A stretch of DNA of 64,000 bases, taken from Rotaria socialis. Its lineage: Eukaryota. The DNA is taken from assembly GCA_905331295.1 (NCBI GenBank), contig CAJNYD010000005.1, positions 124,001 to 188,000 on the forward strand, read 5' to 3'. The notes under the pieces are model-generated. The model ran no database searches. It was not told the DNA's origin and saw only the letters and a list, made by a program, of their open reading frames with translations. Below are positions 63,319 through 64,000 of the stretch, one piece after another; positions within the stretch are counted from its first letter, which is position 1, and each line of letters begins with the position of its first letter. The translations under genes were made by a program, and so were the position numbers.

Positions 63319-64000
63319 ATGGGAAACAAGCCTGCAACTAAACTTCAACCATCCGACTGGGATTACTTGCATCAATGGACAAAATTTTCTGATGCAGAAA
63401 TTCGTAATATAAAATCTAACAATAAAATCAAAATTATTATTTTATTATTTTGTTTTAGAAGAATGGTTTAAATGTTTTCATAAAGATTGTCCAACTGGAC
63501 AATTAACTCTTGAAGAATTTAAAAGCATTTATGCACAATTTTTCCCTGCTGGTGATTCTTCAACGTTTGCTGAACATGTTTTTAGATGTTTTGATATTAA
63601 TCGTGATAAAAAAATATCATTTTGCGATTTTCTTTCTGGATTAAGTATAACAGCTAAAGGAGATGATAAACAAAAACTTGCTTGGACATTTAATCTTTAT
63701 GATACGGATGGCGATGGATATATATCAAGACAGGAAATGCTTATAATAGTTGATGTAAGTTTTTACAAAAATATAAGTTGCATCACTTGTAAAAATAATT
63801 TTCTTGCAATTTCTAGTCAATTTATAAAATGATCGGTCCAGTGATGCAATTACCTGAAGATGAATCGACACCCGAGAAAAGAACAAATAAAGTGAAACTA
63901 AAGTTTATCATTAAAAAGTAAAATTGATGAATTTTTCTTTTAGATTTTCAGTACCTATGATATTAATCGTAATGGGAAATTATCATATGATGAATTTATT
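63319..64000 (+). CDS. Neuronal calcium sensor (neurocalcin/hippocalcin-like), copy B, runs off the window end
   Basis: MGNKPATKL...[15 protein letters not shown]...[14 protein letters not shown]...[14 protein letters not shown]. Intron positions are the same as in copy A. Confidence 0.93.

Noticed and set aside
1..64000. CRISPR arrays, rRNA genes, prokaryotic operons or defence systems
   Set aside because: The DNA is eukaryotic and intron-containing; no repeat-spacer arrays or rRNA-like sequence were seen.

Overview
AT-rich, intron-dense animal DNA with introns mostly about 45-65 nt. It is most consistent with a bdelloid rotifer; this is inferred from the tiny introns, the AG acceptors just upstream of many ATGs, the intronless bacterial-type kinase and the F-box family type. 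Intact genes in order: MRPS2, NDUFS5-like copy A, neurocalcin-like copy A, a small ubiquitin-like gene, a short filamin-repeat gene (with an interrupted tRNA-Ser in an intron), CFAP36, a TTLL7-like gene with degenerate catalytic motifs, a 121-aa orphan, an intronless bacterial-type homoserine kinase II, LMBRD2, a short R-SNARE and a SCO-spondin-like gene. After a 100-N gap come NDUFS5-like copy B, NOC2L, a RING-less BRCA1-type tandem-BRCT gene and neurocalcin-like copy B (cut by the window end). USP, RBR-E3 and F-box pseudogenes and several transposon remnants lie between them. Highlights: (1) a bacterial-type choice-of-anchor A domain spliced in frame into the SCO-spondin scaffold; (2) the two window ends are diverged copies of one gene block showing reciprocal gene loss; (3) tight same-strand operon-like clusters; (4) the BRCA1-like protein has no RING but has clustered LC8-type TQT motifs. 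All family calls come from motif recognition by eye, not from database searches.
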